NCBI GenBank assembly: GCA_963768655.1
Contig: CAVYIM010000005.1
Location: 320,001-384,000 of the forward strand
Direction of reading: 5' to 3'
Source: an uncultured Chloroflexia bacterium
Lineage (GTDB): Bacteria > Chloroflexota > Limnocylindria > Limnocylindrales > CSP1-4
DNA: 64,000 nucleotides
Part shown: positions 51,059-64,000 of the stretch, piece by piece
Layout: the number at the start of each line of letters is the position of its first letter
How positions within the stretch are numbered: position 1 is the first letter of the stretch
Position numbers and translations under genes: made by a program
The notes under the pieces: model-generated
What the model saw: only the letters and a program-made list of their open reading frames with translations
What the model was told of the DNA's origin: nothing
Database searches by the model: none

Positions 51059-51228
51059 GGCCAGCCAGGGGCGAACCGATCGGCGGACTGCCGCGCCAGG
51101 CACGAATCGACCGCCCGGCAAGCCGCACGCAGCCGCTGCCAGCCGCTACCATCGTCCCTCTCGCGGCACGGTTTGACTCTCCGGGCGCCTGAGGGTCGAG
51201 GCTCCGCGCGTCAAGCACAAGGGGAGGG

Positions 51229-51547
51229 ATGCGCAATCTGCTGCCGATAGGCCGGTTCTCGGAGGTACGCCGGCTCTCGATCCCGGCCCTCCGTCACTAT
51301 GGCGAGCTGGGCCTGTTGCCGCCGGCGGGTCGGGTGATCACCACGACGATCCCCGGCGGCCTGGCGGCGGCTACGGTTCACGCCGGCCGCCACGAGAAAT
51401 CGGCCCGGCCTATCGCACCCTCGGCGAGTGGGTCCAGGAGCGCGGCCACGAGACGCCGGCCCGCCACGCGAGATCTACGTGGTCGGTCCGGACCAGGCGC
51501 ACGACACAGGCGCGCTGCGCACCGAGATCCTCTGGCCGGTGCGGTGA
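51229..51547 (+). pseudogene. MerR-family regulator with GyrI-like domain, internally deleted and frameshifted
   Basis: LLPIGRFS..RLSIPALRHY HTH joined directly to AATVHAG...REIYVVGP...LRTEILWPVR. Confidence 0.7.
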
Positions 51548-51608
51548 GCTCCCAAACCGCCGTCGGGCGCGCGCGACCACTTGCCGGGCGCGACGATAGG
51601 GCCGGCTG

Positions 51609-52471
51609 CTACGCTCGGTCTGCGCTCTGGAGCGCCACGAGAGCATCCGCATTGCCCCGATACCTCGGTCTAAGCGACGCCAGTTCCGCGATGCCGGCCC
51701 AGCGCCTCCTGCCACGTCCGACTACCTCGATCGGGTCGAAGAGGACGACCGTCGCCAGCTTGCCTGTCGGCGGCGGCGCACCGAGCCACCAGGCGTCGAG
51801 GACGTCAGCGCCGTCGGCGCCCATCGACTCGAAGCTGGCGCGATGGCGCCTGATAGCGCGGAGAGCCTCAGCCGACCAGAGCGCCGCCATGACATGAGTC
51901 TCGCTCTGCCAGCGCTTGACGCCCGCCCGCGCAGCCAGCTCGGCGCCCAGGTATGCACGCTGGGTGTTGAAGTCACCGAACGCCTCCTTGCAGGTTCGGG
52001 AAGGCGGTCCGGTTCTCGAGGTGCAGCAGCGCGGCGCGTTCCACGGACCAGGCCACCACGTCACCGCGGCCGGCGAACTGGTAGTGCTGGAACGGCTCGT
52101 CGAGCCGGACAGCGAAGCCGAGCGTTCGAAGATGGGCGGCCCCGGCTTCGCCCATCGCGGCGTGCACCGGGTCCTCTGCTCTTGACGCACCCTGACGCCG
52201 CCGCGGATCGGCCAGGTCGAACTCGGGCTTGAGCCACAGGGCACGGGCCAGCCTGACGTATGTTCGCCGAGGACGCGACCCTGCCGGACTCGGCCGCATG
52301 CACGGCCGCCAAGGTCAGACCGGCCGCGGCCGCGACTTCGCGCAGCGTCAGGCGTCGGCGCTCTCGTTCCGCGCGGACCTCATCGCCGAGATGAGCGGCC
52401 AGCGCGCCGAGCTCCCGCTCCTGTGTTCGATCGGCGGGTTCCTGCGGATGTGCACGCCCTGTGTACGGCAC
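51609..52471 (-). pseudogene. XRE-HTH + restriction-endonuclease-like protein split over three frames
   Basis: HTH RRLTLREVAAAAG; EDPVHAAMGE, GRGDVVAW, LHLENRT; frameshifts near 52265 and 51985. Confidence 0.6.
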
Positions 52472-52717
52472 TCGACCTCCGGGCTGGGATGGCGCCGGTT
52501 CGTCGGCCTGGCCGGAGCCTTGGCGAACTCGGAGTATCGCAACACGCGCTCATCGGACGCTTATCCGGCGTTCGTCGGGTCCGCGCGCAGCTCGCGCCTG
52601 GGTCGCGCGACGGTCAGACGGCCCCACGGCGGAGTCACGCGTCCGACGGCCGGGATCGCTTGCACGACACGTGCAAATCAGCGCGATGCAGGCCGGCGCG
52701 GCCCGCGGCCGACGGGA

Positions 52718-53179
52718 TCAGTCCCCCTGCGGTTCGAGCCAGAGCTTCTCGTAGGGGTCCGTGAACATGACGGTGCGAGCGGGGTATTCCCGGTACCCGT
52801 GCTCGGGATCAAAGGCCGCGAGGACCCAGGCCCACTCATAGACGAGGATCGCTGGCCAGGGAACCTGCTCGGCGAGCCGGCGGGTGAGTATGCGGGCTAT
52901 CTCCTGCTGTGGCTCGATCTGCTTCTTGGAGTAGTACACCGACGCGTCGATGTTGAAGCTGCCCGCGATGTCATGCATGTTTGGGTCAGCGTAGCCTTGA
53001 CGCTTGCTCAAGAGAATCGTCACAAATCCAGGAAAGCCGCCGACCTGATCGAACCTGACGCACGGTTCGCTTGGAATGCGCGTCTCCCGGACCCGCCCGC
53101 CCAGCACGCGGGCCATTGTCTCGGCTACTTCTTCGACCGAGAGGTCAGTCTTCAGGTAGAGGTTGTCATCGGTGGACAT
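52718..53179 (-). CDS. Hypothetical protein resembling SitI3-like polymorphic-toxin immunity proteins
   Basis: 153 aa with atypical codon usage; N-terminal LYLKTDLSVEEVA pattern (recalled resemblance only). Confidence 0.5.
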   Translation of the reverse strand: MSTDDNLYLKTDLSVEEVAETMARVLGGRVRETRIPSEPCVRFDQVGGFPGFVTILLSKRQGYADPNMHDIAGSFNIDASVYYSKKQIEPQQEIARILTRRLAEQVPWPAILVYEWAWVLAAFDPEHGYREYPARTVMFTDPYEKLWLEPQGD

Positions 53180-53230
53180 CCGAGCGCCTCACGGGCGCAG
53201 GGTAGCAGCCGCGCGACTCCCCCACCCGCT

Positions 53231-53361
53231 CCCCGGAATCGAAACGCCCGGCGGAGAACCGCCGGGCGTTCAAGTTGCGTCCGAGAACGGCTATTTGTCG
53301 CGCTCCCCACCGCTCAGGGCCGCCTGGGCTGCCGCGAGGCGAGCCACCGGAACCCGGAACG
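53231..53361 (-). repeat. Second copy of the ppdK 3' end and its terminator
   Basis: 131 bp with 6 mismatches to 55854-55984; encodes FRVPVARLAAAQAALSGGERDK*. Confidence 0.95.
53243..53270 (-). terminator. Intrinsic terminator (duplicated copy)
   Basis: AACGCCCGGCGG-AGAA-CCGCCGGGCGTT. Confidence 0.75.
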
Positions 53362-53435
53362 TCTGGCCGGTGGGGTGAACGCTCGGCCGTAGCCCGGGCC
53401 GCGTCGAACGATCGACGCGGCGAGGCATTGCCCGC

Positions 53436-55439
53436 CTATTTCGTCTTGACGAACTGGAAGTCGTCGGCAAATCCCCAGACTCCCGCATCGGCGGCGACCT
53501 TCACCCCCACGGTGCACGTTCCACCGGTGACGTGGATCTGGTCGATCGTCGGCTGCGTCCACGCTTTCCATCCGGTGTTCTTGACGTCCACCGACTGCGT
53601 GTCGCCACCGCAGGTCACGAAGAGCGCCAGAGTCTTCTCGCCACCCCCGCCCTGGAACCACGCGCTCAGGCGATAGGTGCCGCTGCCCAGACCGCTCATG
53701 ACCTGGGAGACCGTGAACGCGAACGGCTTGTCCAGCCAGTAATGAAGAGCGAAGACGCCGCCGTGGATGTCCCCGCTCTCATTGCTGACGTCCACCGCGC
53801 CCGTGTCTCCGTCGGCCACCCACGGAGCAAAGGATCCCGTCTCGAACCCCGGGTTCTTCAGGAAGCTGACGTCGCTGGTCACGGTCACATTGGCTATCGC
53901 CACCCAGGTCGCGCCGCTGACCGTGCCGTGTATGGTCAGCTGCCCATGTGTAGCGAAAGCTAATGCAGCCGGCATCTGCCACGTCACCGGGGTATCCCTG
54001 ATGGAATCATCGCTGTACGTCGCCTTGACCGTCACCGGAAGCTGCGGGACGGTCTTGACGGGGACGGTGAGCGCGATCGGGGTCACGCCGGTGATCGTCG
54101 CGGGGATGGTGACGCTGCCACTAGTCGGCCTGGCAAGCCGGAACACGTACATGGACGGGAGCGCATTGCCCTGCGGGTCGAACATGGCTTGGTTGTCCCA
54201 TTGATCCCCCTGGCCGGTTTCCCAGCCCGCGCCCGGGACCGCGTACCAATCGGGTTCCCAGTAGAAGACCCCCAGCCCTCTGCCGTCGGGCACCTGAGCC
54301 ACTGCCGCCATGACGTCCCTTACCGAGGTCGCTTGCCCTTGCACGGTGGCCAGATAGCCTCCGTCCGCGGGTGAAGTCGCGTCGAAGAGATTGGGGGTGG
54401 AGTCCGAGTCACTCAGGGTATAGGCGTAGGCAGTCTCAACAACGGCGACATCCTTGCCATACCGCTGGCTGATGTCGTTCATGTTGCTCTCGAGCTGCGC
54501 CAGGGCCCCGTGCCAGTAGCTGTAGTAGGACAGCCCTATGACATCGAAGTCGACGCCTCGCGTCGTCAACGCGTCGAACACGGTGCGATAGAGGCTGTTG
54601 TCTCCGCCGTTTGCCAGATGGATCACGATCCGGGCCCTGCGCTGCGGATCCGCGCCGTTGGGATCGGCGTCGTGAACCGCCTGTATTCCCGACTTGAGCA
54701 GCGCCGCAAGTGCGTCATACCCGCCGATCTGCGCGCTGCCCTGCGGCGAAGTCGCCCCGACCGGCCACATCATCCCGCCGTTGATCTCGTTGCCGATCTG
54801 GACCATGTCGGGCATGGCGCCCACCTTCGCGAGATCCTTGATCACGCCGGACGTGTAGTCGTACAGCGCCGTCTTCAGCTGGTCGAGATCCAGCCCCACC
54901 CAGGCCTTGGGCATGTTCTGTTTGCCGGGATCGGCCCACCAGTCGCTGTAGTGGAAGTCGAGGAGGAACTTGAAGCCCAGCTTCCTCGCCCTCGCGGCAA
55001 TGGCGGCCGTCGTCTCGAGGTCGTTGTTGCCGCCCCCGAGAGAGACTCCGCTCGCATCCGTCGGGTCGTTCCAGATTCGAAGCCTTATCCAGTTGACGCC
55101 GTGGTCTTTGAGAATCTGCAGACAGTCCTCGGGCACGCCGTTGACGAGGAACTTCGCGCCGCTGGCCTCCATCTGACTGAGCATGGAGACATCGGCGCCC
55201 ATGATGGAGTCCGGGCTGAGGCCGGCGATCGGATTAACGTGGATGCCGAGATCAGCCGGGATGGGCGGCACTGTGGGCACCTGCGTCGGCACCTGCGTCG
55301 GCTCCTCCGTTGGCGCCTGCGTTCGCAGCGATGTCGCCGCTGGACTCGGCTTACCGACCTCGAAGACGGCCAGCGAGGCAGCCACCGCGACGACGGCCAC
55401 GACGGCTGCCAGAACGAATGCCCTCTTTCCGCTCTTCAT
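53436..55439 (-). CDS. Exported endo-1,4-beta-galactanase GH53 with Ig-like and CBM-like domains
   Basis: GADVS, NWIRLRIW, DFHYSDWWADPGKQ, VQIGNE, VVETAY, FYWEP. Confidence 0.93.
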   Translation of the reverse strand: MKSGKRAFVLAAVVAVVAVAASLAVFEVGKPSPAATSLRTQAPTEEPTQVPTQVPTVPPIPADLGIHVNPIAGLSPDSIMGADVSMLSQMEASGAKFLVNGVPEDCLQILKDHGVNWIRLRIWNDPTDASGVSLGGGNNDLETTAAIAARARKLGFKFLLDFHYSDWWADPGKQNMPKAWVGLDLDQLKTALYDYTSGVIKDLAKVGAMPDMVQIGNEINGGMMWPVGATSPQGSAQIGGYDALAALLKSGIQAVHDADPNGADPQRRARIVIHLANGGDNSLYRTVFDALTTRGVDFDVIGLSYYSYWHGALAQLESNMNDISQRYGKDVAVVETAYAYTLSDSDSTPNLFDATSPADGGYLATVQGQATSVRDVMAAVAQVPDGRGLGVFYWEPDWYAVPGAGWETGQGDQWDNQAMFDPQGNALPSMYVFRLARPTSGSVTIPATITGVTPIALTVPVKTVPQLPVTVKATYSDDSIRDTPVTWQMPAALAFATHGQLTIHGTVSGATWVAIANVTVTSDVSFLKNPGFETGSFAPWVADGDTGAVDVSNESGDIHGGVFALHYWLDKPFAFTVSQVMSGLGSGTYRLSAWFQGGGGEKTLALFVTCGGDTQSVDVKNTGWKAWTQPTIDQIHVTGGTCTVGVKVAADAGVWGFADDFQFVKTK

Positions 55440-55864
55440 CTGCGCCTGTCCTCTCCTCACTCGGTCGCTCCTGCCTTCGACACGGATCGGCGAAGGGCTG
55501 CGGGTTCGCGTTCCACTTGCCGGCCTGAGATGACCCGACCGGTTGTGGCCGCCGGCGTGCCGATAGGCGATCGCGTCTGCCACGGCTGGATCCGCACCAG
55601 AACGCGCCGGTGATTGTCCTTCGACCCTCGTGGCGGGACTACGCAGGCAGCGGGATGTTGTTGATCGATTCCGGGGCTTGCGCGGCTCGTGAGGCGCACA
55701 CCGCGCCTTCCCGGGCGGGCCGACTCGTGGGGACTCCCGTCGCACCCGGCCACAGCCCCGGACGACCCGACCTCGGGACAGGGCCACGCGGCCGCCGCCG
55801 GCGGCCGGATCGCCCGCGAGCGGCGTGGCGCCGCGCGATTACGGGCGGCGGCCCCCCGGAATCG

Positions 55865-55894
55865 GAACGCCCGGCGGAGAACCGCCGGGCGTTC
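55865..55894 (-). terminator. ppdK intrinsic terminator
   Basis: 13-bp perfect stem GAACGCCCGGCGG/CCGCCGGGCGTTC. Confidence 0.8.
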
Positions 55895-55913
55895 AAGTCG
55901 CGTCCGAGAACGG

Positions 55914-58744
<2,831 letters not shown>

Positions 58745-59221
58745 GGGGGTGTCACTCTCCTTGGATGCGGGAGCTGTCGCGCCACGGACGGCGGGGGAGC
58801 GTCCGGGCGACGGAATTGCACGATGTCTCGCAGATTGTACCTTCGCGCGAGAGAGTGCCTCGCGTCCGAGAGACACCCGGGGCCGGGACGTGGGGACCCC
58901 CGATGGCATCCCTTCGGCCCGAGATGGCGGGACTCTCGGCCCACCGGGCCTACTGATATAGCGGGCGGATCAACCGGCGAGCGGCAACGGACGGATTCGG
59001 GCGTATTCTTCGGGCTGCCACGGGTGTCCCGAGCTGGGCGCGGGCGTTGGGTTCCGGATCGGTCCCGTCGCGGCTACCCGTCCGGACCCGCACGACATGA
59101 CCTTCGGCCCGACGCCTTGGGGCAGACTGGGCGTGTGGCTTCAGACTGGTGACAGGCACGATAGCTATAACTCATACTGAAACACACAACATTCCCGCGA
59201 AACCATCCATGCCGGAGTGAG

Positions 59222-60055
59222 ATGCACCCCATAGTCGCCAGGGCACAGTTGTCGCCCAACGTAACTCGCCTCGTAGTCGAGGCACCTCGAATCGCCGAGA
59301 TCCGCCGGCCCGGCCAGTTCGTCATCGTTCGGCGCGGGCCTGGCGCGGAGCGCATCCCGCTGACGATCGCCGACGTGGACCGCTCTGCCGGCACGATTAC
59401 CCTCGTGATCCAGGCAATCGGCAAGAGCACCCACGATTTGACGGCGCTGCAGGTCGGCGACGCGATCACAGACATCGCCGGGCCGCTGGGCAATCCCACG
59501 ACGCTGCTCGAGAGCGGGCATGCGGTGTGCGTCGGCGGCGGCGTGGGGACGGCCGTCGTGTACCCGATCGCCCAGGCCCTCTCGAATAATGGCGTGAGGG
59601 TCACGAGCGTCATCGGCGGGCGATCGCGGGAGTGGGTCATCTACGAGGACGAGCTGCGCGCCACGGGCGAGGTCGTCGTCTGCACCGACGACGGCAGCTA
59701 CGGCCGCCCGGGCTTCGTGACCGAGGCGCTCAAGGAGCTGTGCGAGGCCGGGGGCATCGACGAGGTCTTCGCCATCGGCCCGGTACCGATGATGCGGGCC
59801 TGCTCCGAGCTGACTCGACCGTTCGGCATCAAGACGACGGTCTCGCTGAACTCGATCATGATCGACGGGACGGGCATGTGCGGCGGCTGCCGCGTCGCCA
59901 TCGACGGCAAGACCCAGTACGCCTGCTGCGACGGTCCCGAGTTCGACGGCCACAAGGTCGACTTCCGCCAGCTGGCCGATCGACTGAACACCTACCGGGA
60001 ATTCGAGCAGGCCGCCCTCGAGCGCTGGCAGGCTGCCCACGCGGAGGCGCACTGA
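59222..60055 (+). CDS. nfnA: NfnA/SudB (dihydroorotate dehydrogenase electron-transfer-like FAD/2Fe-2S subunit)
   Basis: PGQFVI, ERIPLT, GPLG, MIDGTGMCGGCRV, CCDGPEFD. Confidence 0.88.
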   Translation: MHPIVARAQLSPNVTRLVVEAPRIAEIRRPGQFVIVRRGPGAERIPLTIADVDRSAGTITLVIQAIGKSTHDLTALQVGDAITDIAGPLGNPTTLLESGHAVCVGGGVGTAVVYPIAQALSNNGVRVTSVIGGRSREWVIYEDELRATGEVVVCTDDGSYGRPGFVTEALKELCEAGGIDEVFAIGPVPMMRACSELTRPFGIKTTVSLNSIMIDGTGMCGGCRVAIDGKTQYACCDGPEFDGHKVDFRQLADRLNTYREFEQAALERWQAAHAEAH

Positions 60056-61546
60056 TGGACGACCTGACGCTTGCCCGCCGCGCCGCCGAGCATTCCGCGT
60101 CCGCTCCCCAAGAAGGAGCGGATGAAGATCGACCGCGGGTCGATGCCCGAGCAGGACGCCATGCTCCGGGCTCGCAACTTCGCCGAAGTGAACCTCGGCT
60201 ACACCGAGCAGCTGGCCATCATCGAGGCCGACCGCTGCCTGCAGTGCCCCAAGCCCTACTGCATCGACGGCTGCCCCGTCGCGGTCAACATCCCGAACTT
60301 CGTCCGCCTGCTGGGCGAGGGCAACATCAAGGGCGCGGCCGACTCGCTGCTCGGCGACAACGCCCTGCCCTGCGTCACGGGTCGCGTCTGCCCGCAGGAG
60401 ACCCAGTGCGAGCAGGTCTGCCTGCGAGCCAAGACCGGCAAGCCGGTCGCGATCGGCTACCTCGAGCGCTTCGTCGCCGACTGGGCGATCACCCACACCG
60501 ATGTCTTCGCGCGCGCCAACCCGGCGCCCTCTGGCAAGAAGGTCGCCATCGTCGGCTCGGGGCCGGCCGGGCTCACGGCCGCCGGCGAGCTGGCCAAGCG
60601 AGGCCACAAGGTCACGATCTTCGAGGCCTTCCACGCGGCCGGCGGGGTGCTGATCTACGGCATCCCGGAGTTCCGCCTGCCCAAGGACATAGTCCAGAAG
60701 GAAGTCGATCGGCTGGTCGCCGACGGGGTCGAGATCCAGCCGAACTCGATCATCGGCAAGACGTACACCCTGCCTGAGCTGCGCGAGCAGTTCGATGCCG
60801 TCTTCGTCGCCGTGGGCGCGGGCCTGCCCGTCTTCATGAACGTCCCCGGCGAGAATCTCAAGGGCGTCTACTCGGCCAACGAGTACCTGACTCGTGTCAA
60901 CCTGATGGGCGCCTACAATCCCGACTCGGACACGCCCGTGCTGCGCGGCCAGCGGGTCGCGGTCATCGGCGGCGGCAACGTGGCGATGGACTCCGTCCGG
61001 ACCGCGCGGCGGCTTGGGGCGGCCGAATCGGTGTGCGTCTACCGCCGCTCCCGGACCGAGCTGCCGGCCCGCATCGAGGAAGTCCACCACGCCGAGCAGG
61101 AAGGCGTCCGCTTCGAATTCCTGACCGCGCCGGTGGAAGTGCTCGGCGACGAGAAGGGCTGGGTTTCGGGGCTCAAGTGCATCCGCATGGAGCTCGGCGA
61201 GCCCGACGCGTCCGGCCGCCGCCGCCCGGTCGAGATCCCCGGATCCGAGTTCATCTTCCCGTGCGAGATGGTCGTCGTGGCTATCGGCACGAAGGCTAAC
61301 CCGCTGCTCACCGCGACGTCGCCCGACCTGCGGGTCAACAAGTGGGGCTACATCGAGATCGACGACAACCTCCAGACCTCGATGGCGGGCGTCTTCGCCG
61401 GCGGCGACATCGTTCGCGGCGCGGCCACGGTCATCCTGGCGATGGGCGACGGCAAGAAGGCGGCCCAGAACATCGACGCCTACCTGCGCGGCGAATTGGC
61501 GGCCCCGGTGGCGGCCGAAACCCTGGCAGCGACGGCGGCGCACTGA
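60055..61546 (+). CDS. nfnB: NfnB/SudA (GltD-like NADPH-dependent Fe-S flavoprotein); probable 1-nt indel after codon 5
   Basis: RCLQC...CIDGCPV, GRVCPQE.QCE, GSGPAG, GGGNVAMD, GGDIVRG; coupled ATG at 60055 is out of frame. Confidence 0.88.
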
Positions 61547-61849
61547 CAGAAGATCGCGAGACCGGCGCCGCTCTCGCGAGCGGCCGTGGCGTGGCCGTGG
61601 CGGCCGCGTGGCGCCGCCGAGGCGCCGCGTGGCGCCACCGTGCGCCGCCGTTTCCGTCATCTACGCCTGGTGGGCGTGTTGGATGCGGGTGCCGCGTTCT
61701 GGAAGCCGGGCACCGCCGGCAGCGGGAGTGGCCTTCGACCACTGGCTGAGCGTGGACAGCGTTCGGGAGGCGCCGTCCGCTCGCGAGAACCTCTTAGGTT
61801 CGCAGGCAACACGCCTGGCGGGCGTATCTGCAAGAAACTCCGCCTCGGC

Positions 61850-63055
61850 CTACGTAGCCGCCGAGGCGCCCGGGGCCCCTCGGCGCGGCCGCCACGCCCG
61901 CGGCCGCCACCGCCAGATCCACCAGGCGGCCGCGGCGAGCACGATCACCGCCACCGAACTGATCTGGGTGGCGAACGAGAAAAGCCAGAGCAGGCTGCCG
62001 AGATACGCCGCGACCACGACCCGCGTTCGCCACGGCTCCCCTACTCCGCCGGCCAGAACCCAGCACATGAACGGGAAGGCGAGCGCCGCCTCGTAGCCCC
62101 ACGAGCGCGGGCCGGCCGCCAGACCCACGAGACACGCGGCCGAGGCCGCCTCCACGATCCCGGCGCGCCTCAATCCCGGTACGGCGGCGAGGGCAAGCGC
62201 GGCACCGCCGGCCACGGGCACGATCCATGGCACGGGCAATCGCCCCAGGAGCCCCGGCAGGCTGATCGCCTTGTCGGCGTTCTTCGCCGCGTCGGCCGGC
62301 AGCCACGTTTGCGCGCCGTTGAGCCACGTCCCCAACCAGCCCCAATCGCCGCCGGCCGCCGCCACGGAAAGCAGAAACGCCACTCCCCCGGCGGCGACGG
62401 CCACGCCCAGCTCGCGCCACCGGCCGCGGACCAGGAACAACGCCACGAACCCGAACACCAGCGTGGGCTTGTACCACAGCACACCGACGGCCACGCCCGC
62501 GATCCACGGCCGATCGGTGGCCAGACCCCAGATCGCCACCATCGCCAGGAGCAGCGCGAAGGGCGCGTTCTGACCGGTCACGATCGAGGCCGTGGACGGA
62601 GCCCAGGCCAGGGCGGCGAGGACGGCCAGCTCCGGAGTCAACCCGTAGACGCGCGCGGCCACGAACCCCGCGGCCGCGATGCACGCGATCATCAGCACGG
62701 CCTGGACCCAGAACGAGACGTCGAGGGGAAGCCGGGCAAACGGCCAGAACAGCCACGCGGCCGCGGGCGGATAGGCGAAGAACGCCTCCGAAATCCCGTG
62801 CGCCTGCTGCCAGGCCGTATGGAGGCCGGCGTCCACCAGGTCCGGTCCACCGGCCGTCGCGCCGGCCGCCCACAAGGCCCCCCAGTCGTGCCAGTGGTTG
62901 AATGGCGCGCCGACGATCGGCACGACGCCCATGGCGAAAAGGCCAAGCGCCCAGAGTCGGACGCGCCCGGCCCCGAGCCGGAGCGCGGAGTCGAGGCCGG
63001 CGATCGGGTGGTCCGCCGGCCGCCCGATCGGTTCGATCGCCTCGGGCGCGGCCAT
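61850..63055 (-). CDS. GT87 / DUF2029 family polyprenol-phosphate glycosyltransferase
   Basis: DW.ALW, FAYPPAAA, GQN, KP motifs; multi-TM. Confidence 0.8.
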   Translation of the reverse strand: MAAPEAIEPIGRPADHPIAGLDSALRLGAGRVRLWALGLFAMGVVPIVGAPFNHWHDWGALWAAGATAGGPDLVDAGLHTAWQQAHGISEAFFAYPPAAAWLFWPFARLPLDVSFWVQAVLMIACIAAAGFVAARVYGLTPELAVLAALAWAPSTASIVTGQNAPFALLLAMVAIWGLATDRPWIAGVAVGVLWYKPTLVFGFVALFLVRGRWRELGVAVAAGGVAFLLSVAAAGGDWGWLGTWLNGAQTWLPADAAKNADKAISLPGLLGRLPVPWIVPVAGGAALALAAVPGLRRAGIVEAASAACLVGLAAGPRSWGYEAALAFPFMCWVLAGGVGEPWRTRVVVAAYLGSLLWLFSFATQISSVAVIVLAAAAWWIWRWRPRAWRPRRGAPGASAAT

Positions 63056-63089
63056 GCTCAGGCCCGGCCGGCCGCGCCGCGCGAACGCA

Positions 63090-64000
63090 CTAGCCCCGCG
63101 CCTTCGCCAGCCGTTCGAGAACGAGTGGCTTCACCTGCGAGAGATCGACCCGGACCTGGTCCATCGAGTCACGGTCGCGAACCGTCGCCTTGCCGTCCTC
63201 GAGCGAGTCGACGTCGATGGTGACGCACCACGGCGTGCCGATCTCGTCCTGGCGGCGGTACAGCTTGCCGATCGCGGCCGTGTCGTCGTAGACCGCCAGC
63301 ATGTCCTTCGCCAGGTCGTCGCGGAGAGCGTGGCACTTCTCAACGATCTCGTCGCGCTTCTTGAGCAGCGGCAGGACCGCCACCTTGTACGGCGCCAGGT
63401 CCGCGTTGAAGCCGAGGACGACGCGCTTCTCGCCGCGGACCTCTTCCTCGCGATAGGCGTCGATCAGGAACGTGAATGCCGCGCGGTCGCCGCCGGCCGA
63501 GGTCTCGACGATCCAGGGCACGTAGTGCTCCTCGGTCGCCGGGTCGAAGTACTCCAGGTTCTCGCCGGTCGCCTGCTGATGGCGCCCCAGGTCCCAGTCG
63601 CCGCGGTTGTGGATGCCTTCGAGCTCCTTCCATCCGAACGGGAAGCGGTACTCGATGTCCTTCGCCTTCTTGGCGTAATGGGCCAGCTCGTCCGGGCGGT
63701 GCTCGCGGAAGCGCAGCCTTTCGGGCGCGACACCGTAGCGCTCGTACCAGGCCCGCCGCCGCGGCAACCACTCCTCGAAGACCGCGGCCGCCGTCTCCGG
63801 CTTGACGAAGTACTGCATCTCCATCTGCTCGAACTCGCGCATCCGGAAGACGAAGTTGCCGGGGCTGATCTCGTTGCGGAAGGCCTTACCGATCTGGGCG
63901 ATGCCGAACGGCAGCTTCTTGCGGCTGGTCTCGCGGACGTTGCGGAAGTTCACGTAGATGCCCTGGGCGGTTTCCGGGCGCAGATAGACCTCGTTGCCCT
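63090..64000 (-). CDS. glyQS: Glycine--tRNA ligase, alpha2 type (5' truncated by window)
   Basis: YLRPETAQG, GKAFRNEI, FRMREFEQME, IGKLYRRQDEIGTP. Confidence 0.96.
   Translation of the reverse strand, partial: GNEVYLRPETAQGIYVNFRNVRETSRKKLPFGIAQIGKAFRNEISPGNFVFRMREFEQMEMQYFVKPETAAAVFEEWLPRRRAWYERYGVAPERLRFREHRPDELAHYAKKAKDIEYRFPFGWKELEGIHNRGDWDLGRHQQATGENLEYFDPATEEHYVPWIVETSAGGDRAAFTFLIDAYREEEVRGEKRVVLGFNADLAPYKVAVLPLLKKRDEIVEKCHALRDDLAKDMLAVYDDTAAIGKLYRRQDEIGTPWCVTIDVDSLEDGKATVRDRDSMDQVRVDLSQVKPLVLERLAKARG

Noticed and set aside
61550-61850. GC-rich dyads and short repeats between nfnB and the GT87 gene
   Set aside because: Low-complexity sequence between convergent genes, with no consistent unit or ORF.

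Overview
High-GC chromosomal window. Gene style suggests Chloroflexota, possibly Limnocylindria; this is an inference, not a database result. Core genes present: tRNA-Asn(GTT), dnaG-rpoD, murJ, gadB, ppdK, nfnAB, glyQS (partial), plus GH2/GH53 glycosidases, MFS/ABC transporters and signalling proteins. Main finding: an unannotated 40-aa secreted propeptide gene (46418-46540, predicted mature peptide DGGPTIIPR) sits divergently from an XRE-HTH/TPR regulator (46715-48010), the architecture of RRNPP peptide quorum sensing known mainly from Bacillota. Other highlights: (i) three integrase-less cargo insertions bounded by duplicated gene 3' ends (tRNA-Asn, ABC permease, ppdK; the ppdK copy differs only at synonymous sites in its coding part); (ii) a tRNA islet encoding a nucleotidyltransferase-2H phosphoesterase fusion, DUF3626, an S66/MccF-like peptidase and a Phd-VapC pair; (iii) MurJ fused to a papain-like (C39-like) domain; (iv) a complete 2352-bp IS1595-family element with passenger genes, inserted in a palindromic site upstream of dnaG; (v) a secreted protein with three near-identical 288-bp repeats. 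Single-base frameshifts in conserved genes (ppdK, nfnB) suggest sequencing indels, so pseudogene calls are provisional. No CRISPR array or rRNA was seen.
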